Positions 28,257 to 37,948 are shown, counted from the stretch's first letter. The stretch: DNA of 64,000 bases from Crocinitomicaceae bacterium (GCA_025210175.1 JAOASF010000161.1:6150-70149); one strand, 5' to 3'. A program made the numbers and translations. The notes: generated by a model not told the origin, from the letters alone.

Positions 28257-28673
28257 ATGAATAATGATTATAACGTGGTAGAGAATATTGCTGTAGCTTC
28301 TAATTTTGAGAATTTAGCTTTGGTTGAAGGTTTGATAGATCGAACATGTTCTAACTGTGGTATTTCTGAAGATAATTATGGTAATGTGTTGATTGCGGTT
28401 ACGGAAGCTTTCAATAATGCAGTGGTCCATGGAAATGGGAATGATGCATCGAAGAAGGTAGAGGTGTCGGTTGGCGAAAAGGAGGATTCGCTCTTTTTTA
28501 GTGTCAGAGATAACGGACCGGGTTTCGATTTTGCAAATATTGCCGATCCTACTGCTCTAGAGAATATTGAGAAGGAGAATGGTAGGGGTATCTACTTAAT
28601 GCGTCACTTGGCAGATAATGTTGAGTTCATGGAGGACGGTAGAGTTGTAAATATCTACTTTAATAAGCAATGA
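28257..28673 (+). CDS. RsbW/SpoIIAB-like HATPase_c protein (anti-sigma regulatory kinase family)
   Basis: 138 aa. N-box EAFNNAVVHG, G1 RDNGPGFD and G2 GRGIYLM. Confidence 0.75.
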   Translation: MNNDYNVVENIAVASNFENLALVEGLIDRTCSNCGISEDNYGNVLIAVTEAFNNAVVHGNGNDASKKVEVSVGEKEDSLFFSVRDNGPGFDFANIADPTALENIEKENGRGIYLMRHLADNVEFMEDGRVVNIYFNKQ

Positions 28674-29089
28674 TTGATTGGAATTTTGAAGATGTAGAGG
28701 AATTCTTTTTAAATACGATTGAGTATGAAAAATGGATATCTGATACGGTAAGAGATTATAAGTTGAATGTAGGTGAACTCACCTACATTTTTTGTTCAGA
28801 TGAGTATCTTTTGGAAATGAACCGTTCTCATTTGAATCATGACTACTATACAGATATCATCACTTTCGATTATAGTGAAAAGGATGTGGTGAGCGGGGAT
28901 TTGTTTATCAGTGTCGATAGGGTCGAAGAGAATGCCAAGGATTTGAATATAGAGTTTGGTAAAGAACTAGCTCGGGTTATTATTCATGGAGTGTTGCACC
29001 TGTGTGGTTTGAAAGATAAATCAGAAGAAGATGAATTATTGATGCGTGAAGCAGAGAATAAAGCCTTAGAAAAATTATGTTTCACGTGA
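28670..29089 (+). CDS. ybeY: rRNA maturation RNase YbeY
   Basis: 139 aa. The zinc motif HGVLHLCGLKD is present, and the start overlaps the upstream stop by 4 nt. Confidence 0.9.
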   Translation: MIDWNFEDVEEFFLNTIEYEKWISDTVRDYKLNVGELTYIFCSDEYLLEMNRSHLNHDYYTDIITFDYSEKDVVSGDLFISVDRVEENAKDLNIEFGKELARVIIHGVLHLCGLKDKSEEDELLMREAENKALEKLCFT

Positions 29090-29141
29090 AACATATTGTA
29101 AGCTGATTGGATAGGTTGTAACTTTGTTCCACGTGAAACAT
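29077..29141. promoter_or_regulatory. paired CACGTGAAACAT palindromic sites flanking a TAACTTTG -7 motif upstream of mnmG
   Basis: ATGTTTCACGTGAAACAT (29077-29094) is a perfect 18-bp palindrome. TGTTCCACGTGAAACAT (29125-29141) is a near-copy. TAACTTTG at 29119-29126 lies between them. Confidence 0.4.
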
Positions 29142-29147
29142 TTATAA

Positions 29148-31019
29148 ATGCTAAAATCATACGATGTTATTGTAGTGGGTGGTGGACATGCGGGTTGCGA
29201 AGCCGCGAATGCCGCTGCCAAGATGGGGTCTTCAGTGTTGTTGATTACAATGAACATGAACACCATTGCTCAAATGAGTTGCAACCCCGCAATGGGAGGA
29301 GTGGCAAAGGGGCAAATTGTTCGTGAAATTGACGCGCTAGGGGGAGGCTCAGGGATTGTGTCTGATAAGAGTGCGATTCAGTTTAGAATGTTGAACCGTT
29401 CAAAAGGACCTGCTATGTGGTCGCCAAGAACACAGAATGATCGAATGCTCTTTGCAGAGGAGTGGAGATTGCTTTTGGAAGCTAACCCGAATGTGGATTT
29501 TTGGCAGGACATGGTAACAGGATTGATCGTTGAAGGAGATCAAATCAAAGGTGTGAAAACCGGTATGGGAATGGAAGTTTTTTGTTCCTCTGTTATTCTG
29601 ACCAACGGAACTTTTTTGAATGGATTGATTCACCTCGGTGAAAAACAATTTGGAGGAGGTCGAGTTGGCGAAAAGGCAGCAACGGGGATTACAGAAGATT
29701 TGATTAAACTCGGCTTCGAAGCTGGACGAATGAAAACCGGAACGCCTCCTCGTGTTGATGGTCGATCTTTGGATTACACAAAAATGGAAATTCAAGATGG
29801 AGACGAAAACCCGTCTAAGTTCAGTTATTGGAACACGACGGCTCTTGAAAAACAACGAGCTTGTTGGATCACATACACGAACAATGAAACACACGAATTA
29901 TTAAAGGAGGGATTTGATAGAAGTCCGATGTTCAATGGATCTATTCAAAGTACAGGGCCAAGATATTGTCCTAGCATAGAAGATAAGATCAATCGATTCG
30001 CAGATAGAGAAAGACATCAAATATTTGTAGAGCCTGAAGGGTGGAATACCGTTGAAATTTATGTGAATGGATTTTCAACATCACTTCCGGAAGAGGTTCA
30101 AATGAGAGCAATGCAATCTATACCGGGTTTTGAAAAAGCGAAGATGTTCAGACCAGGATATGCAATTGAGTACGATTATTTTCCACCAACACAGTTAAAG
30201 CACACCTTGGAAACGAAGCTTATTAATAACCTGTATTTCGCAGGACAGATTAATGGGACTACGGGATATGAAGAGGCTGCATCACAAGGGTTGATGGCAG
30301 GTATCAATGCGAGTTTGAAGTTGCAAGAGAGAGACCCTTTTATTTTGTCGAGAGACGAAGCGTATATTGGGGTGTTGATAGATGATTTGATTACCAAGGG
30401 GACGAAAGAGCCCTATCGTATGTTTACAAGTCGGGCAGAGTTTCGAATTCTTCTACGTCAGGATAATGCCGATGTGCGTCTTTCTCCGCTTGCACATGAG
30501 TTGGGAATGATTGATGATACTGCAATGGCTTTGGTGAACCGAAAGGTGGATGCAACCAAGGAGTTGATTTCCTTTTTGAGAAAAGAAGGCGTTACCCCTG
30601 AATCCGCGAATGACATTTTGGAGAACAAAGGTAGTTCTAAGCTAACACAACAAGTAAAATGTGCTCAGGTTTTGGTGCGACCGCAGATTGCCTTGAATGA
30701 TTTGGAATTGATGTCAGACTCGGTGAGATTAAAGGTCAATGAAATGAGGGCAACCCATGTGGATGTTCCAGAGCAAGCAGAAATTGTTTTGAAGTACGAA
30801 GGGTACATCGAACGAGAACAAGAAATGGCCTCGAAAATGAAAAGATTGGAGGATGTAAAAATTCCGAGTGACATGAATTATCGTTCCATGATGAGCTTGA
30901 GTTCGGAAGCTGTTGAAAAATTAACGAAGATCCAACCAGCTACAATTGGACAAGCAAGTCGTGTTTCTGGTGTAAGCCCAAGTGATATTTCTGTTCTTTT
31001 AATCCATTTAGGTCGATAA
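29148..31019 (+). CDS. mnmG: tRNA uridine-5-carboxymethylaminomethyl(34) synthesis enzyme MnmG
   Basis: 623 aa. YDVIVVGGGHAGCEAA FAD motif, with GidA-family conservation throughout. Confidence 0.95.
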   Translation: MLKSYDVIVVGGGHAGCEAANAAAKMGSSVLLITMNMNTIAQMSCNPAMGGVAKGQIVREIDALGGGSGIVSDKSAIQFRMLNRSKGPAMWSPRTQNDRMLFAEEWRLLLEANPNVDFWQDMVTGLIVEGDQIKGVKTGMGMEVFCSSVILTNGTFLNGLIHLGEKQFGGGRVGEKAATGITEDLIKLGFEAGRMKTGTPPRVDGRSLDYTKMEIQDGDENPSKFSYWNTTALEKQRACWITYTNNETHELLKEGFDRSPMFNGSIQSTGPRYCPSIEDKINRFADRERHQIFVEPEGWNTVEIYVNGFSTSLPEEVQMRAMQSIPGFEKAKMFRPGYAIEYDYFPPTQLKHTLETKLINNLYFAGQINGTTGYEEAASQGLMAGINASLKLQERDPFILSRDEAYIGVLIDDLITKGTKEPYRMFTSRAEFRILLRQDNADVRLSPLAHELGMIDDTAMALVNRKVDATKELISFLRKEGVTPESANDILENKGSSKLTQQVKCAQVLVRPQIALNDLELMSDSVRLKVNEMRATHVDVPEQAEIVLKYEGYIEREQEMASKMKRLEDVKIPSDMNYRSMMSLSSEAVEKLTKIQPATIGQASRVSGVSPSDISVLLIHLGR

Positions 31020-31083
31020 AATGCAAAATCGTGCGATTTAAGCGCGTTTTCTCTGTTGTTTGGAGTTGAGGTATTAAAAAATG

Positions 31084-31115
31084 AAAAAAGACGCTTAAAT
31101 CAAGCGTCTTTTTTG
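31084..31115. terminator. bidirectional intrinsic terminator between the convergent genes mnmG and ispG
   Basis: Stem AAGACGCTT/AAGCGTCTT flanked by an A-run and a T-run. Confidence 0.75.
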
Positions 31116-31162
31116 TTTATATCGTTGCTTTAATTAATAAAGCATATCTTATTATATGTCAG

Positions 31163-33073
31163 TTAGTTAGGTGTAGTTTCTACCCAGTCTCCATGTTCTT
31201 TTATCAAATCGACTAGTGCCTCTACAGCATTTTCTTCAGGAACATTCTTTTTTACTACTTCTTTCTCTTTGTACAAATTTATTTTTCCAGGACCGGTTCC
31301 AACATATCCATAATCAGCATCGGCCATTTCACCTGGGCCATTTACTATACAACCCATGATGCCAATTTTCACTCCTTTTAAGTGAGATGTTCGCTGTCTA
31401 ATTTTTGCTGTGGTTTCTTGAAGGTCGAAAAGTGTTCTTCCACAGCTTGGACAAGAAATATATTCAGTTTTGGAAATACGTGTTCGTGTAGCTTGCAGAA
31501 TTCCAAAAGCGGTGGAGTTTATAATTTGATCTGCAACAGGAGCTTTTATCCAAATTCCATCACCATATCCATCGATTAAGTGAACCCCTAACTCACTTGA
31601 ACTATATAATTGTAGTGTTTCTGCGTCAGTTGTGTTTTGTTCATTAAGCAGAATGATCGGTTGTTTACACCCATTGTTCGCATAATTGTTTAGAAAATTG
31701 CGAATAAGTTGGGTTTTGTTTTGGGGAACAGAACCCAGAATGAATACAACATTCGATTGAGTACTCAAGGGCTTACTCATATCGCGAGCATCTATTGGAT
31801 AAAAAATCACCGGGCTTTGAAGATCCGTGTTGGTGGACAGTGGGTAAACCCGCTCTGTATTTTGATAGTGTTCGAGCCAAATTTTTTCGTCAACTATTAC
31901 ACCCAGAGTGCCTGGTATGTCAAAATCAAACGTGTTTTTACCGAGGTAGATGTAATCAACAGCCAAATCGTTTATGTTCCATTTGTCCAGTTCTACTGAA
32001 TAGCGATAGCCAAAGGCATATAAGGAAGAGGGTTTTATCGTTTGTCGTGTACTCAAATCACCAATTACAACAGGGTGGTGTTTGGAACCAATGTTTAACA
32101 CTTCATGGGTTTCATAACGCGCATAACTAAAGGGATCATGGAACAATTCTGTCGTGTTTCCAGTTATTTCATCAGACTGTTCAACGTTAAATTTTTCAAT
32201 TAACTTTTGAGCTACAGGCACTTCATATTCAGGTTCTTCTGTTAATGAAACACGAACTGTATCACCCAATCCATCTTCCAACAAGGCGCCAATACCAACT
32301 GCTGATTTTATACGGCCGTCTTCGCCGTTTCCAGCCTCGGTCACCCCTAGGTGAAGCGGATAACATTTGCCGTTTTCAAGCATGCGCTGAGCCAATAGGC
32401 GGTAGGCTTGAACCATGACGAGGGTATTACTTGCTTTCATCGAGATCACGATGTCATGAAAATCGTTTTTCTCACAAATTCGGATGAACTCATAAGCAGA
32501 TTCGACCATTCCATGAGGGGTGTCTCCATATCGAGATAATATTCGATCGGAAAGGGAACCGTGGTTGGTACCAATGCGCATTGCAGTTTTGTACTCCTTA
32601 CACAATAGCACTAGCGGAGTAAACTTTTGTTCAATTCTTTGTAGCTCAGCTTGGTATGCTTCGTCTGTGTAATCTATTTCTTCAAATTTCTTTTTGTCTG
32701 CATAATTGCCCGGATTTACACGAACTTTCTGTACCAGTTTGGCAGCAATTTCGGCGGCATTGGGTGTAAAATGTATATCGGCCACCAAGGGAACATGGTA
32801 ACCTTTGAGCTCGAGTTCTCTACGTATGTTGCCCAGATTTTCCGCTTCTTTTTTGCTTGGAGCGGTCAAACGAACCAACTCACAACCGGCTTCTATCATC
32901 CGAATGGACTGTTCCACACTTTTTTGTGTATCCATTGTATCGGTGGTGGTCATGGATTGAACGCGAATGGGGTTGGACCCACCCAGCTTTAATTCTCCGA
33001 TTTGAACTTCTAGAGTTGCTAAACGTTTGCGATTGAACGGGTCAACGCAGTAATTTTTGTTCGTGTTTACCAT
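31163..33073 (-). CDS. ispG: 4-hydroxy-3-methylbut-2-en-1-yl diphosphate synthase, long form with inserted domain
   Basis: 636 aa. PIRVQSMTTTDT, VRVNPGN and the C-terminal Fe-S motif CPSCGRT...GCIVNGPGE. An insert of about 270 aa lies between the TIM-barrel and Fe-S domains, as in Bacteroidota, Chlamydia and plant IspG. Confidence 0.9.
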   Translation of the reverse strand: MVNTNKNYCVDPFNRKRLATLEVQIGELKLGGSNPIRVQSMTTTDTMDTQKSVEQSIRMIEAGCELVRLTAPSKKEAENLGNIRRELELKGYHVPLVADIHFTPNAAEIAAKLVQKVRVNPGNYADKKKFEEIDYTDEAYQAELQRIEQKFTPLVLLCKEYKTAMRIGTNHGSLSDRILSRYGDTPHGMVESAYEFIRICEKNDFHDIVISMKASNTLVMVQAYRLLAQRMLENGKCYPLHLGVTEAGNGEDGRIKSAVGIGALLEDGLGDTVRVSLTEEPEYEVPVAQKLIEKFNVEQSDEITGNTTELFHDPFSYARYETHEVLNIGSKHHPVVIGDLSTRQTIKPSSLYAFGYRYSVELDKWNINDLAVDYIYLGKNTFDFDIPGTLGVIVDEKIWLEHYQNTERVYPLSTNTDLQSPVIFYPIDARDMSKPLSTQSNVVFILGSVPQNKTQLIRNFLNNYANNGCKQPIILLNEQNTTDAETLQLYSSSELGVHLIDGYGDGIWIKAPVADQIINSTAFGILQATRTRISKTEYISCPSCGRTLFDLQETTAKIRQRTSHLKGVKIGIMGCIVNGPGEMADADYGYVGTGPGKINLYKEKEVVKKNVPEENAVEALVDLIKEHGDWVETTPN

Positions 33074-33199
33074 AGCTAATTATCAGGGCAAAAGTAAAGC
33101 TAATAAAGTGAAACTTGAGTTAAGAGTTCTCGATGATTATTGTTTGCGAATGTTAAATTGGATGAAAAAGGGCAGTTTATCCCTATCTTTGAGGCCAAT

Positions 33200-34318
33200 A
33201 TGTCATATATGGATTTTTCAATTAATCAGATTAAGTTCTCTAAAACACACAATGAAGATTTTTATAAAACTCTAAGAAAGAGAGTTTTAGAGTACTTCAA
33301 GGATCAGAACAAAAGTCGTTTTGCTAACACAAACATGGTCTTAAAAACGATCTTTATGTGTGCACTGTACTTGGTTCCTTTCACATTTGTTTTCCTTTCA
33401 GACTCTGTTTGGATCAATTTGATTCTATGGTCGGTAATGGGGTTCGGTATGGCTGGTATCGGTTTGTCGATCATGCACGATGCGAACCATGGTGCTTATT
33501 CAAAGCACCAATGGATTAATAAAACATTGGGTCACATTATTGTAGCCGTTGGTGGGAATGATGTGAATTGGAGAATCCAGCACAATGTCTTGCACCACAC
33601 GTATACGAATGTTACAGGAATGGACGAGGATATTGAGATTGGTGGAATAATGCGTTTCTCTCCTCATACTGAACGCAAAAAAGGGCACAAATACCAACAT
33701 ATCTATGCGTGGTTTTTGTATTCCATGATGACAATGATGTGGTTTACTGTAAAGGACTACACACAATTGACGAGATATAAAAAGAAGAATTTGTTGGTCA
33801 CCCAAAAAGTACAATACGGTTCAATGCTCTTCAAGATCATCTTGAGCAAGGCAGCTTATGGATTTGTATTTCTTGTAGCGCCAATGATTTGGTCGCCAGC
33901 GTCTTGGTGGGTAATCTTGATCGGTTTTGTGATTATGCAAATGATTGCTGGTTTGGTATTGAGTGCCATCTTCCAACCCGCACACGTTGTTCCTTCAAGT
34001 AATTATCCAATGCCAGATGAATCTGGTAATATTGAGGCTGACTGGGCTGTAAGTCAATTATACAATACGGCTAATTTCGCCCCAGGAGCGAAGCTATTCA
34101 GCTGGTATGTGGGAGGTCTGAATTATCAGGTGGAACATCATTTGTTTCCAAATATTTGCCATATCCATTACGATAAACTTTCTAAGATCGTGCGTGAAAC
34201 AGCCGAGGAGTTCAACTTGCCATACAACTCCTTTAAAACGTTCGGACAAGCTTTGAAGGAGCATGGTAAAATGCTTTACAACTTGGGGAATTTCGACAAC
34301 GCTGCAGCCTTGCATTAA
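33200..34318 (+). CDS. membrane fatty-acid desaturase
   Basis: Three histidine boxes, HDANHG, HNVLHH and QVEHHLFP, together with TM helices. I preferred the ATG at 33200 (MSYMDF) over the ORF-track start at 33140. Confidence 0.85.
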   Translation: MSYMDFSINQIKFSKTHNEDFYKTLRKRVLEYFKDQNKSRFANTNMVLKTIFMCALYLVPFTFVFLSDSVWINLILWSVMGFGMAGIGLSIMHDANHGAYSKHQWINKTLGHIIVAVGGNDVNWRIQHNVLHHTYTNVTGMDEDIEIGGIMRFSPHTERKKGHKYQHIYAWFLYSMMTMMWFTVKDYTQLTRYKKKNLLVTQKVQYGSMLFKIILSKAAYGFVFLVAPMIWSPASWWVILIGFVIMQMIAGLVLSAIFQPAHVVPSSNYPMPDESGNIEADWAVSQLYNTANFAPGAKLFSWYVGGLNYQVEHHLFPNICHIHYDKLSKIVRETAEEFNLPYNSFKTFGQALKEHGKMLYNLGNFDNAAALH

Positions 34319-34672
34319 ATGACAATTGACGAACTTCGCGAGTATTGTTTAAGCAAACCTGGAGTTACTGAGCATACACCCTTTGATGACCGTACCTTGG
34401 TCTTCAAGGTGCTTGGTAAAATGTTTTGTTTGGCAGATATATTTGCGTTTGAATCTCTCAACATAAAATGCGATCCAGATTTAGCTCTTGAGCGACGTGA
34501 AACGTTTGCCTCTGTGTTACCCGGTTACCATATGAACAAAAGGCACTGGAACACGGTGAAGGTCAATCAAGAAATTACAGACGACATTCTTTTACAATGG
34601 GTAGATGAGTCTTATGATTTAGTTTTTGCAAGTTTGCCCAAAAAAACAAGAGATAGTCTTGAGAATAGATAA
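34319..34672 (+). CDS. MmcQ/YjbR-family protein
   Basis: 117 aa. The pattern L..YCLSKPGV.E..PFD...LVFKV.GKMF......MNK.HWNTV is typical of the family. Confidence 0.7.
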   Translation: MTIDELREYCLSKPGVTEHTPFDDRTLVFKVLGKMFCLADIFAFESLNIKCDPDLALERRETFASVLPGYHMNKRHWNTVKVNQEITDDILLQWVDESYDLVFASLPKKTRDSLENR

Positions 34673-35039
34673 GTATCTGTGGTGTGTTCGTTTGGCCAAA
34701 ACGCGCTCAATTGCAACAGAATTGGTGGCGAAAGGAAAGGTTAAACTCAATAACGCTCAAATAAAACCCGCGAAAGAAGTAAAGCACTCGGATGTCATTC
34801 AAATAGTAAAGCACACCTCTACATTCAGCTATGAGGTCATTGGAATAATTGATCGCAGGGTTGGCGCTCCGTTGGTAAAAGAGTTTTTACGTGATATTAC
34901 CCCTCAAGAGGAAATCGATAAATTCAAAGAGTATCAGGCCAATCAACGAAGGTTTGTTGCCTATGACGATGGCAAACCGAGCAAAAAGGACCGAAGATCA
35001 CTGGATGAGTTTTTGGAAAATTGGTCCGATGAGGATTGA
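34659..35039 (+). CDS. S4-domain RNA-binding protein (Hsp15/HslR-like)
   Basis: RIDKYLWCVRLAKTRSIATELVAKGKVKLN is an S4 motif. The start is uncertain: TTG at 34659, or the ORF-track start at 34626. Confidence 0.7.
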   Translation: MRIDKYLWCVRLAKTRSIATELVAKGKVKLNNAQIKPAKEVKHSDVIQIVKHTSTFSYEVIGIIDRRVGAPLVKEFLRDITPQEEIDKFKEYQANQRRFVAYDDGKPSKKDRRSLDEFLENWSDED

Positions 35040-35135
35040 TTGTCAATAGGTTAGCTTGAATTTTTAATTTTTTTCACCTCCATTTGTAACTTTATGTTTT
35101 ACCTGTAGTCTTACAGGCAAACAAAACAAAGAGTC

Positions 35136-35984
35136 ATGAAAAAAATAGTATTCCTTACGTTAGTTGCCTTTTCTTCTGTTGGTTTTGCTCAAAATGAAGA
35201 GGTAAAGACTACTCCAGAAGCAGAGAAAAAAGAAAATTTACCAGATACAACTCGTTTCAATATAGGTAACTCAGAAGTGATTGTTATTTCACGAGGAGGC
35301 GATGCGAGTAAAATCAAGGTTGAGCAAATAGATACCATTGACGCTGCTCCAAAGAAAACCAGAAAGACCGAGGCTCATTGGTCAGGTTTGGAGTTGGGCT
35401 TTAACAATAACCTAAGTGCTGCAGGCAACACAAGCTTTCCAGGATACCCATATTGGGAGAATGATCCAGCCAAATCCATTTATTTCAATTTAAACTTGTT
35501 TGAAAAGAAGTTCAAAATCATCAAGGAGTATGTGGGACTTACAACAGGTTTAGGGTTCAACTTCAATTCATTTGCTTTCAAAAACAACTATGAGTTGATC
35601 GATACGGTGGATATGGTTTATGCTAAAATTGGAAGCACAACCTACACGAAGAACAAATTGAAAGCTTCGTATTTACAACTACCCTTAATGCTTGAGTTCA
35701 ACACCAATGCCAACAATAACAAAGGGTTTTATGCAGCAGCAGGTGTGATTGGAGGTGTACGAATTGGTAGCAAAATCAAACGTGAAGGAGAAATAAACGG
35801 TAGAGAGTTTCAAGAGAAAACAAAGGGTACCTATAGTTTGAATCCTTATAAATTGGACGCAACGGCTCGTTTGGGTTATAAAAACATTGGGGTGTTTGCT
35901 AATTATAGTTTGGTGCCGCTTTTTGAGTCGTCTAAGACCGTTGGAGTCTATCCGTTAACATTCGGGCTCACAATGGGGTTTTAA
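35136..35984 (+). CDS. outer-membrane beta-barrel (porin-family/PorT-like) protein
   Basis: Signal peptide MKKIVFLTLVAFSSVGFAQ, alternating beta-strand pattern and a terminal aromatic residue (...GLTMGF). Confidence 0.65.
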   Translation: MKKIVFLTLVAFSSVGFAQNEEVKTTPEAEKKENLPDTTRFNIGNSEVIVISRGGDASKIKVEQIDTIDAAPKKTRKTEAHWSGLELGFNNNLSAAGNTSFPGYPYWENDPAKSIYFNLNLFEKKFKIIKEYVGLTTGLGFNFNSFAFKNNYELIDTVDMVYAKIGSTTYTKNKLKASYLQLPLMLEFNTNANNNKGFYAAAGVIGGVRIGSKIKREGEINGREFQEKTKGTYSLNPYKLDATARLGYKNIGVFANYSLVPLFESSKTVGVYPLTFGLTMGF

Positions 35985-36039
35985 TCGATTAAATGCAAGA
36001 AAATCAGGTTTTGTAAGAGTTTGCCTGGTTATGGAATAA

Positions 36040-36066
36040 AGGAACATGAAAAGTGTTCCTTTTTTT
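36040..36066 (+). terminator. intrinsic terminator
   Basis: Stem AGGAACA/TGTTCCT followed by TTTTTT. Confidence 0.6.
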
Positions 36067-36083
36067 GTTGGGTAACTACCAAA

Positions 36084-36112
36084 GAAAAAAGGTGACCGAA
36101 GCCACCTTTTTC
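36084..36112 (-). terminator. intrinsic terminator after the PA-domain gene
   Basis: Stem AAAAGGTG/CACCTTTT around the loop ACCGAAGC, with a T-run on the minus strand. Confidence 0.6.
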
Positions 36113-36134
36113 CGTTAAACTCAATTAAGAGGAT

Positions 36135-37865
36135 TTATTTCTTAACAACGTTTACAGTTGTTGTTTGACCGTTTTCAATCGTCATAGAGAACACGTACAT
36201 ACCCGCCTCAAATGATTGAGTATCCAAAGTTGTCAACCCGTTAACCAAAGTTTGAGTTGTATTAGAAACAACTTTACCTGTTACGTCTGTTACAACGATG
36301 TTTACTTTTCCTGTAGCGTTCAAACGAACATTTACTTTGTCTGAAGCTGGGTTCGGGAATATTTGAGCGTTGATTGCATCTGCTTCAGAAACTGAAGACA
36401 ACATGTCCATGTTCAAACCAAGAGCCAAGGCAGAAGTTCCTGTCCATCCACCACCGTACCAAGTGTCATCAACGTTAACAGGTGAAGTTACCAATCCTGT
36501 GATTGCGTTGTTACCTGAGTAATCGATTTCGCTATCGTAACCAAAGGCGATGTTTACACCATCAGCAGTATTCAAACATACCAAGTACAATTGACCTCCT
36601 ACCAAAGGAATTTGCTCACCTGCATCCAAGTGTCTGTGTTGCGGTTGACGCGTTTCATTATTCGAAGAAGGGTAGTAAGCTACTGAAGCAATTTGAGACA
36701 AAGTTGTGTTGTCAATTACTGAAGAGTCAGACCATTCGTAAACGTTCAACAACATTTCTGAACCAATGATTGGGAAAACAGATGTATCCGCCTCAGGAAC
36801 GAAATCGTATGCGATGATACCGTGTCCTGCTGGGTGATTAGAAGGCAAACGCAAAGACATACAACCACTGTAAAGACCTGTAGAATTTGAAGGATACGTG
36901 TTTGCAATTACTTTAGCGTTGGCATCCAAACGAGACAATGAAATAATAGTTTCCGTTACGCGGAAATCAGAAGAGATCATGTTGTCTGAAGGGTCTTCGT
37001 CTGTGTTTGCACCCAAAGTAATTTCGTACGTCAAGTTGTAATCACCCTCTGGGTAAGAAGACAAGGAGAACGGCGCGAAAGCTTGTGGGTTACCAGTTTG
37101 AATGTAAACTGTGTCACCAGCGTTCATAGAAACAGTAACTGTTTCATCGTAAACTGTTCCTGAAGGTCCTGAAATAACTGCATTTACAGAAACAGCCGGT
37201 TGGTTGTCTGTACCGTAGTTGTAAATTTCAATCGCTGGAGTGAATCCAATGTTTTGGTAAACGTTAGATGCTCCTGCAAACTTAGGAATACGTGCAACAC
37301 CAGCATTCGTTGAAATGTCATTAGCGTTGATTCCAACTTTGTTTCCAAGGAACATTTCAACTGGAGTTGAGTTCTGGATTGCTGTAGTGATATCTACACC
37401 ATCAGTAGATGTAAGCATAACACAAGGAATGGTTACGTTACCTCCTTGAGCACCACCACCCATTGCAATAGCTTCTGGATCACGGTTAATTACGATACAT
37501 GCGATAGCTCCTGCATTTTGCGCGTTCAAAGCTTTTTGACCGAACTCACAAGTTCCACGGAACACAACAGCAATTTTTCCTTGTACATCTGAAGGGTTGA
37601 TGAAAGTATTACATCCTTCTTGGCTTAACGGGTGAACAATTGTGGTGGTACTGTTTCCTGGTGTACCATCTTCACCAAAAGCTAAAAATCCTTGTTCGTA
37701 TACCCCAGGTGTGTTAAAGTCTGGCGTTTGACCCCAAGAGTCAGCCCAGGTAAACGTTTTTAACCCCGCGAAGCTTGCAGGCTGCAACACTTTAGCGATA
37801 GCTTGTGCATTAGCATTGATTGCCAAGGCAGAAACTGCCAAAGCAGAGAGTAAGAGTTTTTTCAT
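36135..37865 (-). CDS. secreted PA (protease-associated) domain protein with a T9SS type A C-terminal sorting domain
   Basis: Signal peptide MKKLLLSALAVSALAINANA. PA-domain core GKIAVVFRGTCEFGQKALNAQNAGAIACIVIN. C-terminus IFPNPASDKVNV...AGMYVFSMTIENGQTTTVNVVKK. Confidence 0.8.
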   Translation of the reverse strand: MKKLLLSALAVSALAINANAQAIAKVLQPASFAGLKTFTWADSWGQTPDFNTPGVYEQGFLAFGEDGTPGNSTTTIVHPLSQEGCNTFINPSDVQGKIAVVFRGTCEFGQKALNAQNAGAIACIVINRDPEAIAMGGGAQGGNVTIPCVMLTSTDGVDITTAIQNSTPVEMFLGNKVGINANDISTNAGVARIPKFAGASNVYQNIGFTPAIEIYNYGTDNQPAVSVNAVISGPSGTVYDETVTVSMNAGDTVYIQTGNPQAFAPFSLSSYPEGDYNLTYEITLGANTDEDPSDNMISSDFRVTETIISLSRLDANAKVIANTYPSNSTGLYSGCMSLRLPSNHPAGHGIIAYDFVPEADTSVFPIIGSEMLLNVYEWSDSSVIDNTTLSQIASVAYYPSSNNETRQPQHRHLDAGEQIPLVGGQLYLVCLNTADGVNIAFGYDSEIDYSGNNAITGLVTSPVNVDDTWYGGGWTGTSALALGLNMDMLSSVSEADAINAQIFPNPASDKVNVRLNATGKVNIVVTDVTGKVVSNTTQTLVNGLTTLDTQSFEAGMYVFSMTIENGQTTTVNVVKK

Positions 37866-37948
37866 AGTTCTAAAATTTTAGCGTTAAATTAATAAAAACT
37901 TAAGTTTATTTAACAACATAAACGTCTGTAATTCACATAAGGTTTAAC

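Noticed and set aside
29400-29894. 164-aa minus-strand ORF
   Set aside because: It lies antisense within mnmG. This is a shadow frame.
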